Shown: in pieces, positions 22,252-31,394 of the stretch | Position numbering within the stretch: position 1 is the stretch's first letter | Layout: every line of letters begins with the position of its first letter | The notes under the pieces: model-generated | Databases searched by the model: none | What the model was told of the DNA's origin: nothing | Seen by the model: the letters and a program-made list of their open reading frames with translations, nothing else | Assembly (NCBI GenBank): GCA_017509985.1 | Contig: JAFWOE010000004.1 | Span: 63,100 to 127,099 of the forward strand | Reading direction: 5' to 3' | From: Lachnospiraceae bacterium | Lineage (GTDB): Bacteria > Bacillota > Clostridia > Lachnospirales > Lachnospiraceae | DNA: 64,000 nt | Position numbers and translations under genes: made by a program

Positions 22252-23754
22252 TTAATTCAGATAATCCTTATTTACATATCCGTAGCTTCCCAGATCGGGA
22301 ACATAGACATACCAGTACTGGGCATCACTCTTGTCGACGATCTGCACTTTGGTGCCGTTCTCGAGTTTTGCGATCTCGTTCGCCGAATCAAAAGCCTTTG
22401 CGTTTCGGAGGGCCAGATAACCGGAAGAAACGCTTACGGTCATGGTCTGTCCTTCCGGAGCCGGCGTGGCCGTGGGTTCCGGAGTCGGCGTCGGTGTCGG
22501 CTGAGCACCGCCCGCAGACAGATAATTGCTGTTCACATAGCCGTATGAACCGAGGGCGGGAACATAAACATACCAGTATTCTCCATCGGAGGAGACTACA
22601 TAGACCTGCTCCCCGGACTGCACCTGGCCGATCTCGTTCGAAACGTCACGTGCTTTTGCGTTCCGGAGGGCTAGATAGCCGGAATCTACCGCTGCAGTGT
22701 ATACAGAGTAACTGGAAGGAGCGGCGCCGGGACCGATCGGCTCCGTCGGCGACTGAGTCGGCGACGGTGTCGGTGTTTCTGTCGGTGCAGGTGTCGGCGT
22801 CGCGGTCGGCGTCGCAGTCGGCACGGGTGTGGCGGTCGGCGTCGGTATCGGTGTGGCAGTCGGCATTACGCCGGAAAGATATTTTACCGGTACATATCCG
22901 AAGGACTTAAGCGTATCTGTGTAAACCAGACGGAGAGGTCCGTCGTTTTCGGCAATAACCTTGACCGGGTCGCCGACTTTCAGTTTGCCGATCTCAGCAG
23001 CACCGGCATCCGCGGATTCTACGACCGGAACGTCGGAGTCGGCACCGGAAATATACATAAGACGCGGTGCAACAACAGCATCTTTTTCGTCTGTAATATA
23101 GTGCCGGTCAATAAATCCGGAGAGATCGTTTTTCTCGTCAACGACTTTCCAGTATACGGGATCCGTATCGTTCAGGATCTTCACTTCATCTCCGTTGACA
23201 AGTCTTCCGACTGCCGCGCTGGTGGGTTCTTCGGATTCGCGCAGCCGTATATCTCCTTCGACGCCCGTAACATAATAAGAGACATCGGAGATGGGCTTTT
23301 CTTTTTCTTCTTCTTTCTCTTTTTCCTTTTCCGCAGAAGACGTCTCGGATTCGGATTTCACGCTGCTCTTCTGCGTCGGTTCGGACTTGCCCTCCGAAGC
23401 TTCCTTTTCTTCCTTGTGGGTGCTCCGGGAATTGTCATCCATTTCGGACGAGCTTTCGATCGCGGACTTGTTGTCCTTCTTATCGGAGCCGGAGCTGAAG
23501 AATGAGGAATTCAGGATCATTATGATGACGGCCACAAGGGCAGCCGCAGCGATGATGATCAGCGCCAGAAGGAGCTTTTCACCGATCGTGTACTTGCGTT
23601 TCCTTCTTTTCCTTTTCTGAGGAGCAGAGGAGCGTGTGCCGCGGTCCTCCTTCTCGGAGGAATCGGCAGGACGTATTTTAAGCGGAGTACCGCAGTTCGG
23701 ACAGATTTCACTGCCGGGTTCTACCGCCTTCCCGCATTTGGAGCAAAAAACCAT
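22252..23754 (-). CDS. Membrane-anchored zinc-ribbon / SH3b-repeat protein with Pro-Thr linker
   Basis: N-terminal CxxC…CxxC zinc ribbon, KR-rich patch, one TM helix, E/K/S-rich acidic spacer, then several SH3_3 (SH3b)-like modules (recurring W-x-V…GYV motif, YGYVN…YL C-ends). Two are separated by a (T/P)-rich linker. GGAGG RBS. Confidence 0.75.
   Translation of the reverse strand: MVFCSKCGKAVEPGSEICPNCGTPLKIRPADSSEKEDRGTRSSAPQKRKRRKRKYTIGEKLLLALIIIAAAALVAVIIMILNSSFFSSGSDKKDNKSAIESSSEMDDNSRSTHKEEKEASEGKSEPTQKSSVKSESETSSAEKEKEKEEEKEKPISDVSYYVTGVEGDIRLRESEEPTSAAVGRLVNGDEVKILNDTDPVYWKVVDEKNDLSGFIDRHYITDEKDAVVAPRLMYISGADSDVPVVESADAGAAEIGKLKVGDPVKVIAENDGPLRLVYTDTLKSFGYVPVKYLSGVMPTATPIPTPTATPVPTATPTATPTPAPTETPTPSPTQSPTEPIGPGAAPSSYSVYTAAVDSGYLALRNAKARDVSNEIGQVQSGEQVYVVSSDGEYWYVYVPALGSYGYVNSNYLSAGGAQPTPTPTPEPTATPAPEGQTMTVSVSSGYLALRNAKAFDSANEIAKLENGTKVQIVDKSDAQYWYVYVPDLGSYGYVNKDYLN
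22740..22866. repeat. Low-complexity GTCGGC-type short tandem repeats encoding a Pro-Thr linker (inside the SH3 gene)
   Basis: Reiterated (gtcggc/gtcggt) units seen directly. Translates on the - strand to TPIPTPTATPVPTATPTATPTPAPTETPTPSPT. Confidence 0.7.
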
Positions 23755-23772
23755 GATAAACCTCCTTGATCG

Positions 23773-24762
23773 TTAATCGTTCAGATAATTATAAACTGTT
23801 TTCGAGAGTTCGCCAATCTCGGCAATCGCTTCATCGGCCCCTTCGAAATACGGCGCCAGGTCATTTGACATGATGACCAGGATATAGGTACAGGCCGGAG
23901 AGAAGATAATCGCCGCATCGTGCTGCGCGTCGTCCAGTTCTCCGCTTTTGCTGGCTGTCCGGACTCCTTTGGGAATGCCGGCAGGGATCTTGTACAGGGT
24001 GTACTGGTTTTTAAGATGATACAGCAAAAGCTCGGAAGTCTCTTCTGAAACGTAGTTTCCTTCCAGGACCAGTTCCAGAAGATGACCGCACTCTTTGGTG
24101 CTGGTAAAGTTTTCAATATCGTTCTGTTCCTGCATATACCGGTACAGTTCGGTATTCTTAAAGCCATGCCTTTCGATAAAATCATTGACGGCTTCAAAAC
24201 CGCCCACGGCATTGATCAGTATGTTGCAGGATTCGTTGTCGCTGTATTCGATCATCAGTTCGAGAGGCTCGCTCCAGTCCTCGAACAGGAGATCTCCTTT
24301 TTCAATCGCTTCCATAGCGGCGCCGAACACATAGAGCTTGATCAGGCTGGCAGAGATGCGTGGTTCGTCGTTTATGCAGAAGTGTTCACCGGTATCCAGA
24401 CGCTTGCAGTAAACCGACCAGGTTCCGTCATAGCCTTTGATCTTTTTATTGATGATCGTCCGCAGGTCGTGAAGAGATTTTTCCGGCGCCGGGGAAGGCG
24501 TTGTTTTTTTGGTCGGCTTCGGCTTTGCGGCTTCTGTCGGTTTCGGAGCCGGTGTTGGTGTGACAGAAGCTTCTTTTTCAGGCGGAGCCGCCGCAGAGGG
24601 CGTCGAAACAGCTGTTGTTCCGGATGCAGAAGCGCTTTCCTCCGCTTCTTCAGACACGGCCCGGGCCGAAGACCCGCCTTCAGCTGCCTGACATCCGCTC
24701 AGAATCAGGGCGGCGGTCAGAACCACACACAATATAGCGATTTGCAGGTTCCTGTACTTCAT
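23773..24762 (-). CDS. Class A beta-lactamase-like serine hydrolase lipoprotein
   Basis: Signal peptide + lipobox (LILSGC). S-x-x-K (SLIK), SDN and KSG motifs in the correct order. Start ATG at 24762 overlaps the murG stop (ATGA). Confidence 0.75.
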   Translation of the reverse strand: MKYRNLQIAILCVVLTAALILSGCQAAEGGSSARAVSEEAEESASASGTTAVSTPSAAAPPEKEASVTPTPAPKPTEAAKPKPTKKTTPSPAPEKSLHDLRTIINKKIKGYDGTWSVYCKRLDTGEHFCINDEPRISASLIKLYVFGAAMEAIEKGDLLFEDWSEPLELMIEYSDNESCNILINAVGGFEAVNDFIERHGFKNTELYRYMQEQNDIENFTSTKECGHLLELVLEGNYVSEETSELLLYHLKNQYTLYKIPAGIPKGVRTASKSGELDDAQHDAAIIFSPACTYILVIMSNDLAPYFEGADEAIAEIGELSKTVYNYLND

Positions 24763-25835
24763 TTTTCCTGATGATCGGCACACTCTTCAATAAGTGTGAG
24801 GATCGTTCCGATGGAATCTCCGGAGGAGCTGTTTTTCATTTTGGTGATGAATTCCTCACGATTCTCATACAGCCTGTCGATATCTGACAGAAATCGTTCC
24901 GGAGTGATGTCTTCTTCCTGCAGCACCATCGAAAAGCCCTGCTTTTCGTAGGAAGCTGCGTTCAGGAGCTGGTCCCCTCTGCTTGCCGCGGCGGAAAGAG
25001 GGATCAGCAGGTTCGGTTTTGCCAGGGCGCAGAGTTCACAGATCGCGTTCGCACCGGCACGGGAAACCACGAGGTCCGCCAGCGCAAACAGATCGGCCAG
25101 TTCTTTTTTTATGAAAGTATACTGGACATAGCCGGGAGTTCCGTCCAGGGAGGGATCCAGATTGCCTTTCCCGCAAAGATGGATCACCTGGTATTTTTCA
25201 AGGAGCGCCGGGAGATTGCTTCGGATCGCGTTGTTGATCGCAACGGAGCCCAGGCTTCCGCCGACCGCCAGGATCACCGGCTTTTCCGCGGTGAAGCCGC
25301 AGAATTCCCTTGCCTTTTCGGCAGAGCCGTTCATCAGCTCTTCCCGTATCGGCGTTCCGCTTACAACCGCTTTGTCTGCCGGAAGGTAAGCGGCAGTTTC
25401 GGGGAAATTGCAGCAGACTTTTACGGCTTTGGAAATACAGAGCCGGTTGGCCAGGCCGGGAGTCATATCGGATTCATGAATGATCGCGGGGATGCCGAGC
25501 CTTGAAGCGGCGGTTACAACAGGGACGGCGACAAAGCCGCCCTTGGAGAACACGACATCCGGCCGGATCTTCTTTAATACGGACCGGGCCTCTGCGGTTC
25601 CAAGGAGGACCTTGAACGGATCCGAGACATTTTTAAGGCTTAAGTACCGGCACAGTTTTCCGGTGGAGACTCCGTAATAGGGAATCCCCATCTCCGATAT
25701 CAGCTTTTTTTCGATACCGTCTTTGGATCCGATGTAAGAGATTTCGTAACCGAGCTCTCTCAAACGGGGGACCAGTGCCATATTCGGTGTGACATGACCG
25801 GCTGTTCCGCCGCCGGTCAGGACAATATGTTTCAT
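24759..25835 (-). CDS. murG: Undecaprenyldiphospho-muramoylpentapeptide beta-N-acetylglucosaminyltransferase MurG
   Basis: 358 aa. N-terminal GGGTAGHV motif. GT28 two-domain fold. Confidence 0.9.
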   Translation of the reverse strand: MKHIVLTGGGTAGHVTPNMALVPRLRELGYEISYIGSKDGIEKKLISEMGIPYYGVSTGKLCRYLSLKNVSDPFKVLLGTAEARSVLKKIRPDVVFSKGGFVAVPVVTAASRLGIPAIIHESDMTPGLANRLCISKAVKVCCNFPETAAYLPADKAVVSGTPIREELMNGSAEKAREFCGFTAEKPVILAVGGSLGSVAINNAIRSNLPALLEKYQVIHLCGKGNLDPSLDGTPGYVQYTFIKKELADLFALADLVVSRAGANAICELCALAKPNLLIPLSAAASRGDQLLNAASYEKQGFSMVLQEEDITPERFLSDIDRLYENREEFITKMKNSSSGDSIGTILTLIEECADHQEK

Positions 25836-25860
25836 AGGCTAATCCTGTTTCTGGCTTTCT

Positions 25861-26586
25861 TTATGCCTGCTTCCATGCAGTTTCCAGAGAGATCTCCATC
25901 ATTTCGTTAAAGGATTCCTGACGTTCAAGGGCAGAGAGGGCCTCCGGTTTGAACATATGGTCGGAGATGGAAACGATCGAAAGCGCTTTTTTCTTTGAAT
26001 TCATCGCTTCAAGGTAGAAACCGGCGGTTTCCATTTCCACACAGAGCATGCCGTAGTCGCGGGCCATTGCCGGAACGTCCGGATTCGGATTGTAGAACAG
26101 GTCTGTCGTAAAGATATTTCCGACTTTAACGGAAGAGCCCTTTTCCTTACAGATATTTACGGCATCGTAAAGCATTTCGAAATCCGCCGTGGGAGCAAGT
26201 GTCCCGGGGAAGCCGAACGTCGCGCCGAAACCGGAGTTGGTGGAGGCGCTCATGGCGATCACGATATCGCGGACATTGATATCATCCCTCAGCGCGCCGG
26301 CACTGCCCACACGGATGGCGGCTTCCACCCCGTAAAAATTGAACAGCTCGTGCAGATAAAGCACGGCGGAAGGAACACCCATTCCGCTTCCCATAACAGA
26401 GATGCGTTTCCCCTTATATTCACCGGTATATCCGAGCATGTTCCGGACGGTGTTGAAGCAGACCGGGTCTGTCAGATAGGTTTCGGCAATGTATTTTGCG
26501 CGAAGCGGGTCGCCGGGCATAAGCACAACTTTTGCAATATTCTCTTTATCGGCTTCAATGCATGCTGAAGGTGATGAAAAGATCAT
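25861..26586 (-). CDS. deoD: Purine nucleoside phosphorylase, DeoD-type
   Basis: PNP/UDP family I motifs (…GDPLRAK…, …MGVPS…, EMETAG). Start taken at the internal ATG 26586 (MIFSS…). Confidence 0.85.
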   Translation of the reverse strand: MIFSSPSACIEADKENIAKVVLMPGDPLRAKYIAETYLTDPVCFNTVRNMLGYTGEYKGKRISVMGSGMGVPSAVLYLHELFNFYGVEAAIRVGSAGALRDDINVRDIVIAMSASTNSGFGATFGFPGTLAPTADFEMLYDAVNICKEKGSSVKVGNIFTTDLFYNPNPDVPAMARDYGMLCVEMETAGFYLEAMNSKKKALSIVSISDHMFKPEALSALERQESFNEMMEISLETAWKQA

Positions 26587-26737
26587 TATTTGGTTCCGCC
26601 TTTCTTCAGAGACGCTTGCAAAGCAAGCGGGATCGTTTATATAATGGTTATAGATACATAATGATAGCATATTATGTCAATAAAATAAATACTGCATCCG
26701 ATCCACAGAGTTCAGATCAACAGACGGAGGTATTCTA

Positions 26738-28090
26738 ATGTCAAACAGGATTCAATTTGATACAACCTATGCTGACAGCTTTTTAACACCCGAAGAGCTT
26801 GCACGGATGGAAGAAACCATACTGGATGCCAACAGCACCCTGATCGGACGGGCCGCTCCGGGCAGTGAATTCACCGGGTGGCTGGATCTCCCGATAAACT
26901 ATGACCGGGAAGAGTTTTCCAGAATAAAGGAATCCGCGGCGAAGATCCGGAGTGACAGCGACGTACTCGTCGTGATCGGGATCGGCGGATCGTATCTGGG
27001 CGCCAAGGCGGCGATAGAAGCACTCTCTCCGGCGTTTTATAATGAAACCAATATGCAGGGCGGTAAGAATCCGGCGATTTATTTTGCCGGAAACAACATC
27101 AGCACCCGGTATCTGGACGGACTTATCAAAGCCATCGGAGACAAAGACTTCTCCGTAAACGTGATCTCCAAGTCCGGCACGACGACCGAACCGGCCGTTG
27201 CCTTCCGTGTTTTCAAGGAACTGCTTGAGAAAAAATACGGAGCTGAAGGAGCAGCCGAAAGGATCTATGCGACGACCGACAGAGAAAGAGGCGCGCTGAA
27301 AAAACTGGCGGACGCAAACGGGTATGAGACCTTTGTCGTGCCGGATGACATCGGCGGACGGTATTCCGTGCTCACGGCGGTCGGCCTTCTTCCCATTGCG
27401 GCAGCAGGCCTGGATATCGACGCATTGATGGAAGGCGCCGCGGCAGAACGTTCTGAGCTTATGAGCCTGCCTTTTGCGGAAAACGACGCTCTTCTTTATG
27501 CCGCTTACCGGAACGTGTTCTATCAGAAAGGAAAAGGAGTTGAGATCCTGGCCAATTACGAACCCGGTCTCCACTATGTTTCCGAATGGTGGAAGCAGCT
27601 GTACGGCGAGAGCGAAGGCAAAGGCGGGAAAGGCATTTTCCCGGCATCGGTCGATCTGACGACCGACCTGCATTCCATGGGGCAGTTTATCCAGGACGGC
27701 AGCCGTATCCTAATGGAAACCGTGATCTGTGTGGACGATCCCGGTGTGGAAATGAAGGTCCGGGAAGAGGAGAACGATCTGGACGGCCTGAATTATCTGG
27801 CCGGGAAGACCATAGATTATGTAAACAAACAGGCGATGGCCGGAACGGCGATGGCGCATGTGGACGGAGGTGTTCCGAACATGATGATCCATCTTCCGAA
27901 AATGGATGAGTATTCACTCGGCCAGCTGTTTTATTTCTTTGAATATGCCTGCGGCGTCAGCGGGTACGCGCTGGGCGTAAATCCCTTTGACCAGCCGGGT
28001 GTAGAAAGTTATAAGAAAAACATGTTCGCCCTGCTGGGAAAACCGGGGTTTGAGGAACGCAGGGAAGAACTGTTGAAGAGAATACAATAA
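26738..28090 (+). CDS. pgi: Glucose-6-phosphate isomerase (short Firmicute type)
   Basis: 450 aa. SIS-domain PGI with GIGGSYLG and catalytic region motifs. GGAGG RBS. Confidence 0.95.
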   Translation: MSNRIQFDTTYADSFLTPEELARMEETILDANSTLIGRAAPGSEFTGWLDLPINYDREEFSRIKESAAKIRSDSDVLVVIGIGGSYLGAKAAIEALSPAFYNETNMQGGKNPAIYFAGNNISTRYLDGLIKAIGDKDFSVNVISKSGTTTEPAVAFRVFKELLEKKYGAEGAAERIYATTDRERGALKKLADANGYETFVVPDDIGGRYSVLTAVGLLPIAAAGLDIDALMEGAAAERSELMSLPFAENDALLYAAYRNVFYQKGKGVEILANYEPGLHYVSEWWKQLYGESEGKGGKGIFPASVDLTTDLHSMGQFIQDGSRILMETVICVDDPGVEMKVREEENDLDGLNYLAGKTIDYVNKQAMAGTAMAHVDGGVPNMMIHLPKMDEYSLGQLFYFFEYACGVSGYALGVNPFDQPGVESYKKNMFALLGKPGFEERREELLKRIQ

Positions 28091-28156
28091 AGGAAAACAG
28101 CCGGATTGGCGGCACAGGGACGGTTCCCTGTTGCCAATCCGGCTCCAGCATACAGA

Positions 28157-29443
28157 ATGGTACATATACTCACAATTTCAATAGCGCTTTTGGCGGGTCT
28201 TTTAATGACCCGTCTTTTCAAGATTCTTAAACTTAACCTCCCGGATGTCACAGCGTTTCTGATCGCCGGCCTGATCATCGGGCCCTACTGCATGGGCCGG
28301 ATCGGGATCGACGGGCTGGGGTTCACTTCCATGGAAGCTGTGGATTCGGTAGTCGCGGTGTCCAACGCCGCGCTGGGCTTTATCGCCTTTACCATAGGCA
28401 ATGAGTTCCGGCTTTCCAAACTGAAGAACACCGGGAGACAGGCCGTGATCACGGGTATTGCGGAAGCGTGTCTGGCCGTGGTGTTTACGGATGCCGCGAT
28501 GCTGGGCCTGCATTTTATTCTGGGTGAAGAACGGCTGCCGCTTTCAGCTGCGATCACACTCGGTGCGATCGCTTCGGCCACGGCTCCGGCTGCAACGCTG
28601 ATGGTCGTACGCCAGTATAAGGCAAAAGGCCCGCTTACCAGCCTGCTGCTCCAGATCGTTGCGCTGGATGATGCCATCGGCCTGATCCTGTTTGCGGTCT
28701 CCTTCGGGATCGCCACAGCTCTGGAGGGTGGCGCGCTCACCGCGTTTTCGATGATCATCAACCCGATCCTCCAGATCGTTTTCTCGCTGGTACTCGGAGC
28801 GGTACTCGGAGCGCTGCTGACGCAGCTTGAGAAACTGTTCTACTCCAATTCGAACCGTCTTTCCCTGACGATCGGGTTTGTGCTTCTTACTGTGGCGCTT
28901 TCTTCTGTTAAATTCAGCATCGGCCCGGTGACGGTTTCGTTTTCGTCGCTTCTGGTCTGCATGATGCTCGGCATGACGTTCTGCAACATGAGCGAGTATT
29001 CCGAAGATATTATGAGCAGGGCGGACCGCTGGACCGCACCGCTGTTTGCGATCTTCTTCGTGATCAGCGGAGCCGGACTGGAATTAAAAGTCCTGACTCT
29101 GCCGCATGTGCTGCTGATCGGCGCTGTCTATATCGTGATACGATGTGTCGGCAAATACACCGGGGCCCGGCTCGGAAGCAAGGCGACCGGCTGCAGTCCG
29201 ACCGTACAGAAGCACCTGGGGATCACGCTGTTCCCGCAGGCCGGAGTAGCGCTGGGCATGGTCGTCACCGCCCGTTCCCTGGGAGGGTCCAAGGCGGAGC
29301 TGATAAGGAATATCATTTTGTTCGGCGTGCTGATCTACGAACTGTTCGGCCCGATGCTCACCCGCAATTCGCTGAAGAAAGCAGGTGAGATCGCGGATAA
29401 GTCCGGGGATAAGGATCACCGGCAGAGGTTTAAGACGGCATAA
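28157..29443 (+). CDS. Cation:proton antiporter (CPA family, Kef/NhaP-like)
   Basis: ~12 predicted TM helices, G-rich helices typical of Na+/H+ exchanger family. Start chosen at 28157 (MVHILTIS…), downstream of a strong hairpin that the longer ORF-track start would translate through. Confidence 0.75.
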   Translation: MVHILTISIALLAGLLMTRLFKILKLNLPDVTAFLIAGLIIGPYCMGRIGIDGLGFTSMEAVDSVVAVSNAALGFIAFTIGNEFRLSKLKNTGRQAVITGIAEACLAVVFTDAAMLGLHFILGEERLPLSAAITLGAIASATAPAATLMVVRQYKAKGPLTSLLLQIVALDDAIGLILFAVSFGIATALEGGALTAFSMIINPILQIVFSLVLGAVLGALLTQLEKLFYSNSNRLSLTIGFVLLTVALSSVKFSIGPVTVSFSSLLVCMMLGMTFCNMSEYSEDIMSRADRWTAPLFAIFFVISGAGLELKVLTLPHVLLIGAVYIVIRCVGKYTGARLGSKATGCSPTVQKHLGITLFPQAGVALGMVVTARSLGGSKAELIRNIILFGVLIYELFGPMLTRNSLKKAGEIADKSGDKDHRQRFKTA

Positions 29444-29464
29444 GGGGCTAAAAATGCATTTATA

Positions 29465-29506
29465 CGGCGCATGGTTTCGGCTTTTTGGAACACATGCGCC
29501 TTTTCT
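29465..29506 (+). terminator. Rho-independent terminator after the antiporter gene
   Basis: ggcgcatgg…(loop)…catgcgcc hairpin followed by TTTTCTC. Confidence 0.6.
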
Positions 29507-29511
29507 CTCCC

Positions 29512-29540
29512 TTGAAGCCGTTCTGAACACGTGGTATTAT
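29512..29540 (+). promoter_or_regulatory. Putative extended -10 promoter of asnA
   Basis: TTGAAG, 17 nt, TGgTATTAT (TGn extended -10). It lies 54 nt upstream of the asnA start. Confidence 0.45.
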
Positions 29541-29593
29541 GTTTCAATAGTTTAATTTGTTAAAAAGCAGCAGCGTTTGAGGAGGGAGCTCCG

Positions 29594-30601
29594 ATGAATC
29601 TGATCATACCCGAAAAATACGACGCCGGTCTCACAATGAGGGAGACACATGAAGCCATTAAGTATATCCGCGATACGTTCCAGAAAGAATTTGCGAAGCA
29701 GATGAATCTTTCCAGGATCTCCGCGCCTCTTTTCGTCGAAAAGAGCACGGGGCTGAATGACGATCTGAACGGCGTGGAAAGAAAAGTCGCTTTTGACACC
29801 AAAGAAGCGCCCGGCCTGGAACTGGAGGTCGTACAGTCTCTGGCAAAATGGAAAAGGGCGGCGCTCGGACGGTATGAATTTCAGCCGGGAGAGGGCCTTT
29901 ACACAAACATGAATGCGATCCGCCGCGATGAAGAAGTGGACAATATTCACAGTATTTATGTGGATCAGTGGGACTGGGAAAAGGTCATCACCAAAGAACA
30001 GCGCACGATCGACACGCTGAAAAGCGAAGTCAAAAAGATCTTCAAGGTCATCAAACATATGACCCATGAAGTCTGGTATAAATATCCGAAAGCCCTTTAC
30101 AATCTTGCCGATAAGGTCCATTTTGTGGATTCCGAGGAGTTAAGGCAGCAGTACCCGGATCTTACGGCGAAGGAAAGAGAGAACGTGATCTGCCGCGAGC
30201 TGGGCTGCGTTTTTATCATGCGCATCGGTGAAAAACTGGGTGACGGAAAGCCGCATGACGGAAGAGCTCCGGACTATGACGACTGGCAGCTTAACGGCGA
30301 TCTCCTTTTCTGGTATGAACCGCTCGGGATCGCGCTGGAGATCACATCCATGGGCATCCGTGTTTCGGAAGAGAGCCTTCATGAGCAGCTGGTCAAGGCC
30401 AACGCGCTGGAAAGAGAACAGCTGCCCTACCATAAAGCCATTCTTGAGAAGAAGCTGCCCTATACCATCGGCGGCGGCATCGGCCAGTCACGGCTCTGCA
30501 TGCTTCTTCTGAAGCGCGCGCACGTCGGAGAAGTTCTTGCATCCTGGTGGCCGCAGGAAATGCGTGACACGTGCGAAGCGAATAATATACATCTGCTGTA
30601 G
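29594..30601 (+). CDS. asnA: Aspartate--ammonia ligase (asparagine synthetase A)
   Basis: 335 aa. Class-II aaRS-like AsnA fold. Length and motifs match AsnA. Confidence 0.9.
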   Translation: MNLIIPEKYDAGLTMRETHEAIKYIRDTFQKEFAKQMNLSRISAPLFVEKSTGLNDDLNGVERKVAFDTKEAPGLELEVVQSLAKWKRAALGRYEFQPGEGLYTNMNAIRRDEEVDNIHSIYVDQWDWEKVITKEQRTIDTLKSEVKKIFKVIKHMTHEVWYKYPKALYNLADKVHFVDSEELRQQYPDLTAKERENVICRELGCVFIMRIGEKLGDGKPHDGRAPDYDDWQLNGDLLFWYEPLGIALEITSMGIRVSEESLHEQLVKANALEREQLPYHKAILEKKLPYTIGGGIGQSRLCMLLLKRAHVGEVLASWWPQEMRDTCEANNIHLL

Positions 30602-30614
30602 GAGGCATGAGCGG

Positions 30615-31220
30615 TTGAGCAAGGCAAAGACCGGCGCACTGATCCTTTCCGGCGGAAAGTCCAGGCGCATGGGGCAGGATAAGACAACGCTGAAGTACAA
30701 CGGGGAATCCTTTCTGGCGCATGCGGCGGGTTTCTGGGCAAAGGTGCCGGACATTTCGGCGATCTATCTCGGGATCGGCAGCGAAGAACATCTGCAAAAG
30801 ATCCTGGAAGATGATGCCGCAGCAGCGGTGATCGCCGAAAACCACATCATACCGGTATTCGACCGGTATGAAAAGTGCGGGCCCATGGCCGGCATCCATG
30901 CTGCTTTTCTGGAAGGGGATGAAGACCGGCTGTATGTCTGTGCCATTGACATTCCGAACATGGATGTTTCCATGCTCCCGGTTCCGGACGATTCCGGTGC
31001 AGATGCATATGTCTACCGTTATCAGGACAAAGCGGAGCCGCTTTTTGCGCTGTATTCGCGCAGTGCGCTGGGAACGATCTCCGAAATGCTGGAAGAAGGC
31101 AATTTCAAGCTTCACGATCTGATTGCCCGGATCCGCACGCAGTATCTGCCGCTGGAAAAAGAACAGCTCCGGTATTTCTACAACTGCAACACGCCGGAGG
31201 ATCTGAAAAGTATTATCTGA
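30615..31220 (+). CDS. mobA: MobA-like NTP transferase (probable molybdenum cofactor guanylyltransferase)
   Basis: ALILSGGKSRRMGQDK signature. ~200 aa. TTG start with GGAGG RBS. Confidence 0.7.
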   Translation: MSKAKTGALILSGGKSRRMGQDKTTLKYNGESFLAHAAGFWAKVPDISAIYLGIGSEEHLQKILEDDAAAAVIAENHIIPVFDRYEKCGPMAGIHAAFLEGDEDRLYVCAIDIPNMDVSMLPVPDDSGADAYVYRYQDKAEPLFALYSRSALGTISEMLEEGNFKLHDLIARIRTQYLPLEKEQLRYFYNCNTPEDLKSII

Positions 31221-31243
31221 GTAAAATATTTACCGCTGAATAT

Positions 31244-31275
31244 GGCGGCAGGGATCCGTCCCCTGCCGTCATTAT
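31244..31275 (+). terminator. Rho-independent terminator after the mobA-like gene
   Basis: cggcaggg-atccgt-ccctgccg hairpin followed by T-rich tract. Confidence 0.6.
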
Positions 31276-31277
31276 TA

Positions 31278-31307
31278 TTGACGCTGAAACACGAATCGTT
31301 ATATAAT
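31278..31307 (+). promoter_or_regulatory. Putative sigma-A promoter of the SPFH / zinc-ribbon operon
   Basis: TTGACG, 17-18 nt, TATAAT/ATATAA. Confidence 0.45.
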
Positions 31308-31394
31308 ATATGAGGACTTTCCGGCGGAGGACTCCGCAGGACATAGAAGCATTTAAACGCATTCCCAAAAGGAGAATAACAAGGAGATAACATT

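Noticed and set aside
22740-22866. Short tandem GTCGGC repeats: possible CRISPR or VNTR
   Set aside because: No spacer-repeat architecture. The repeats are in-frame and encode a Pro-Thr interdomain linker of the SH3 protein.
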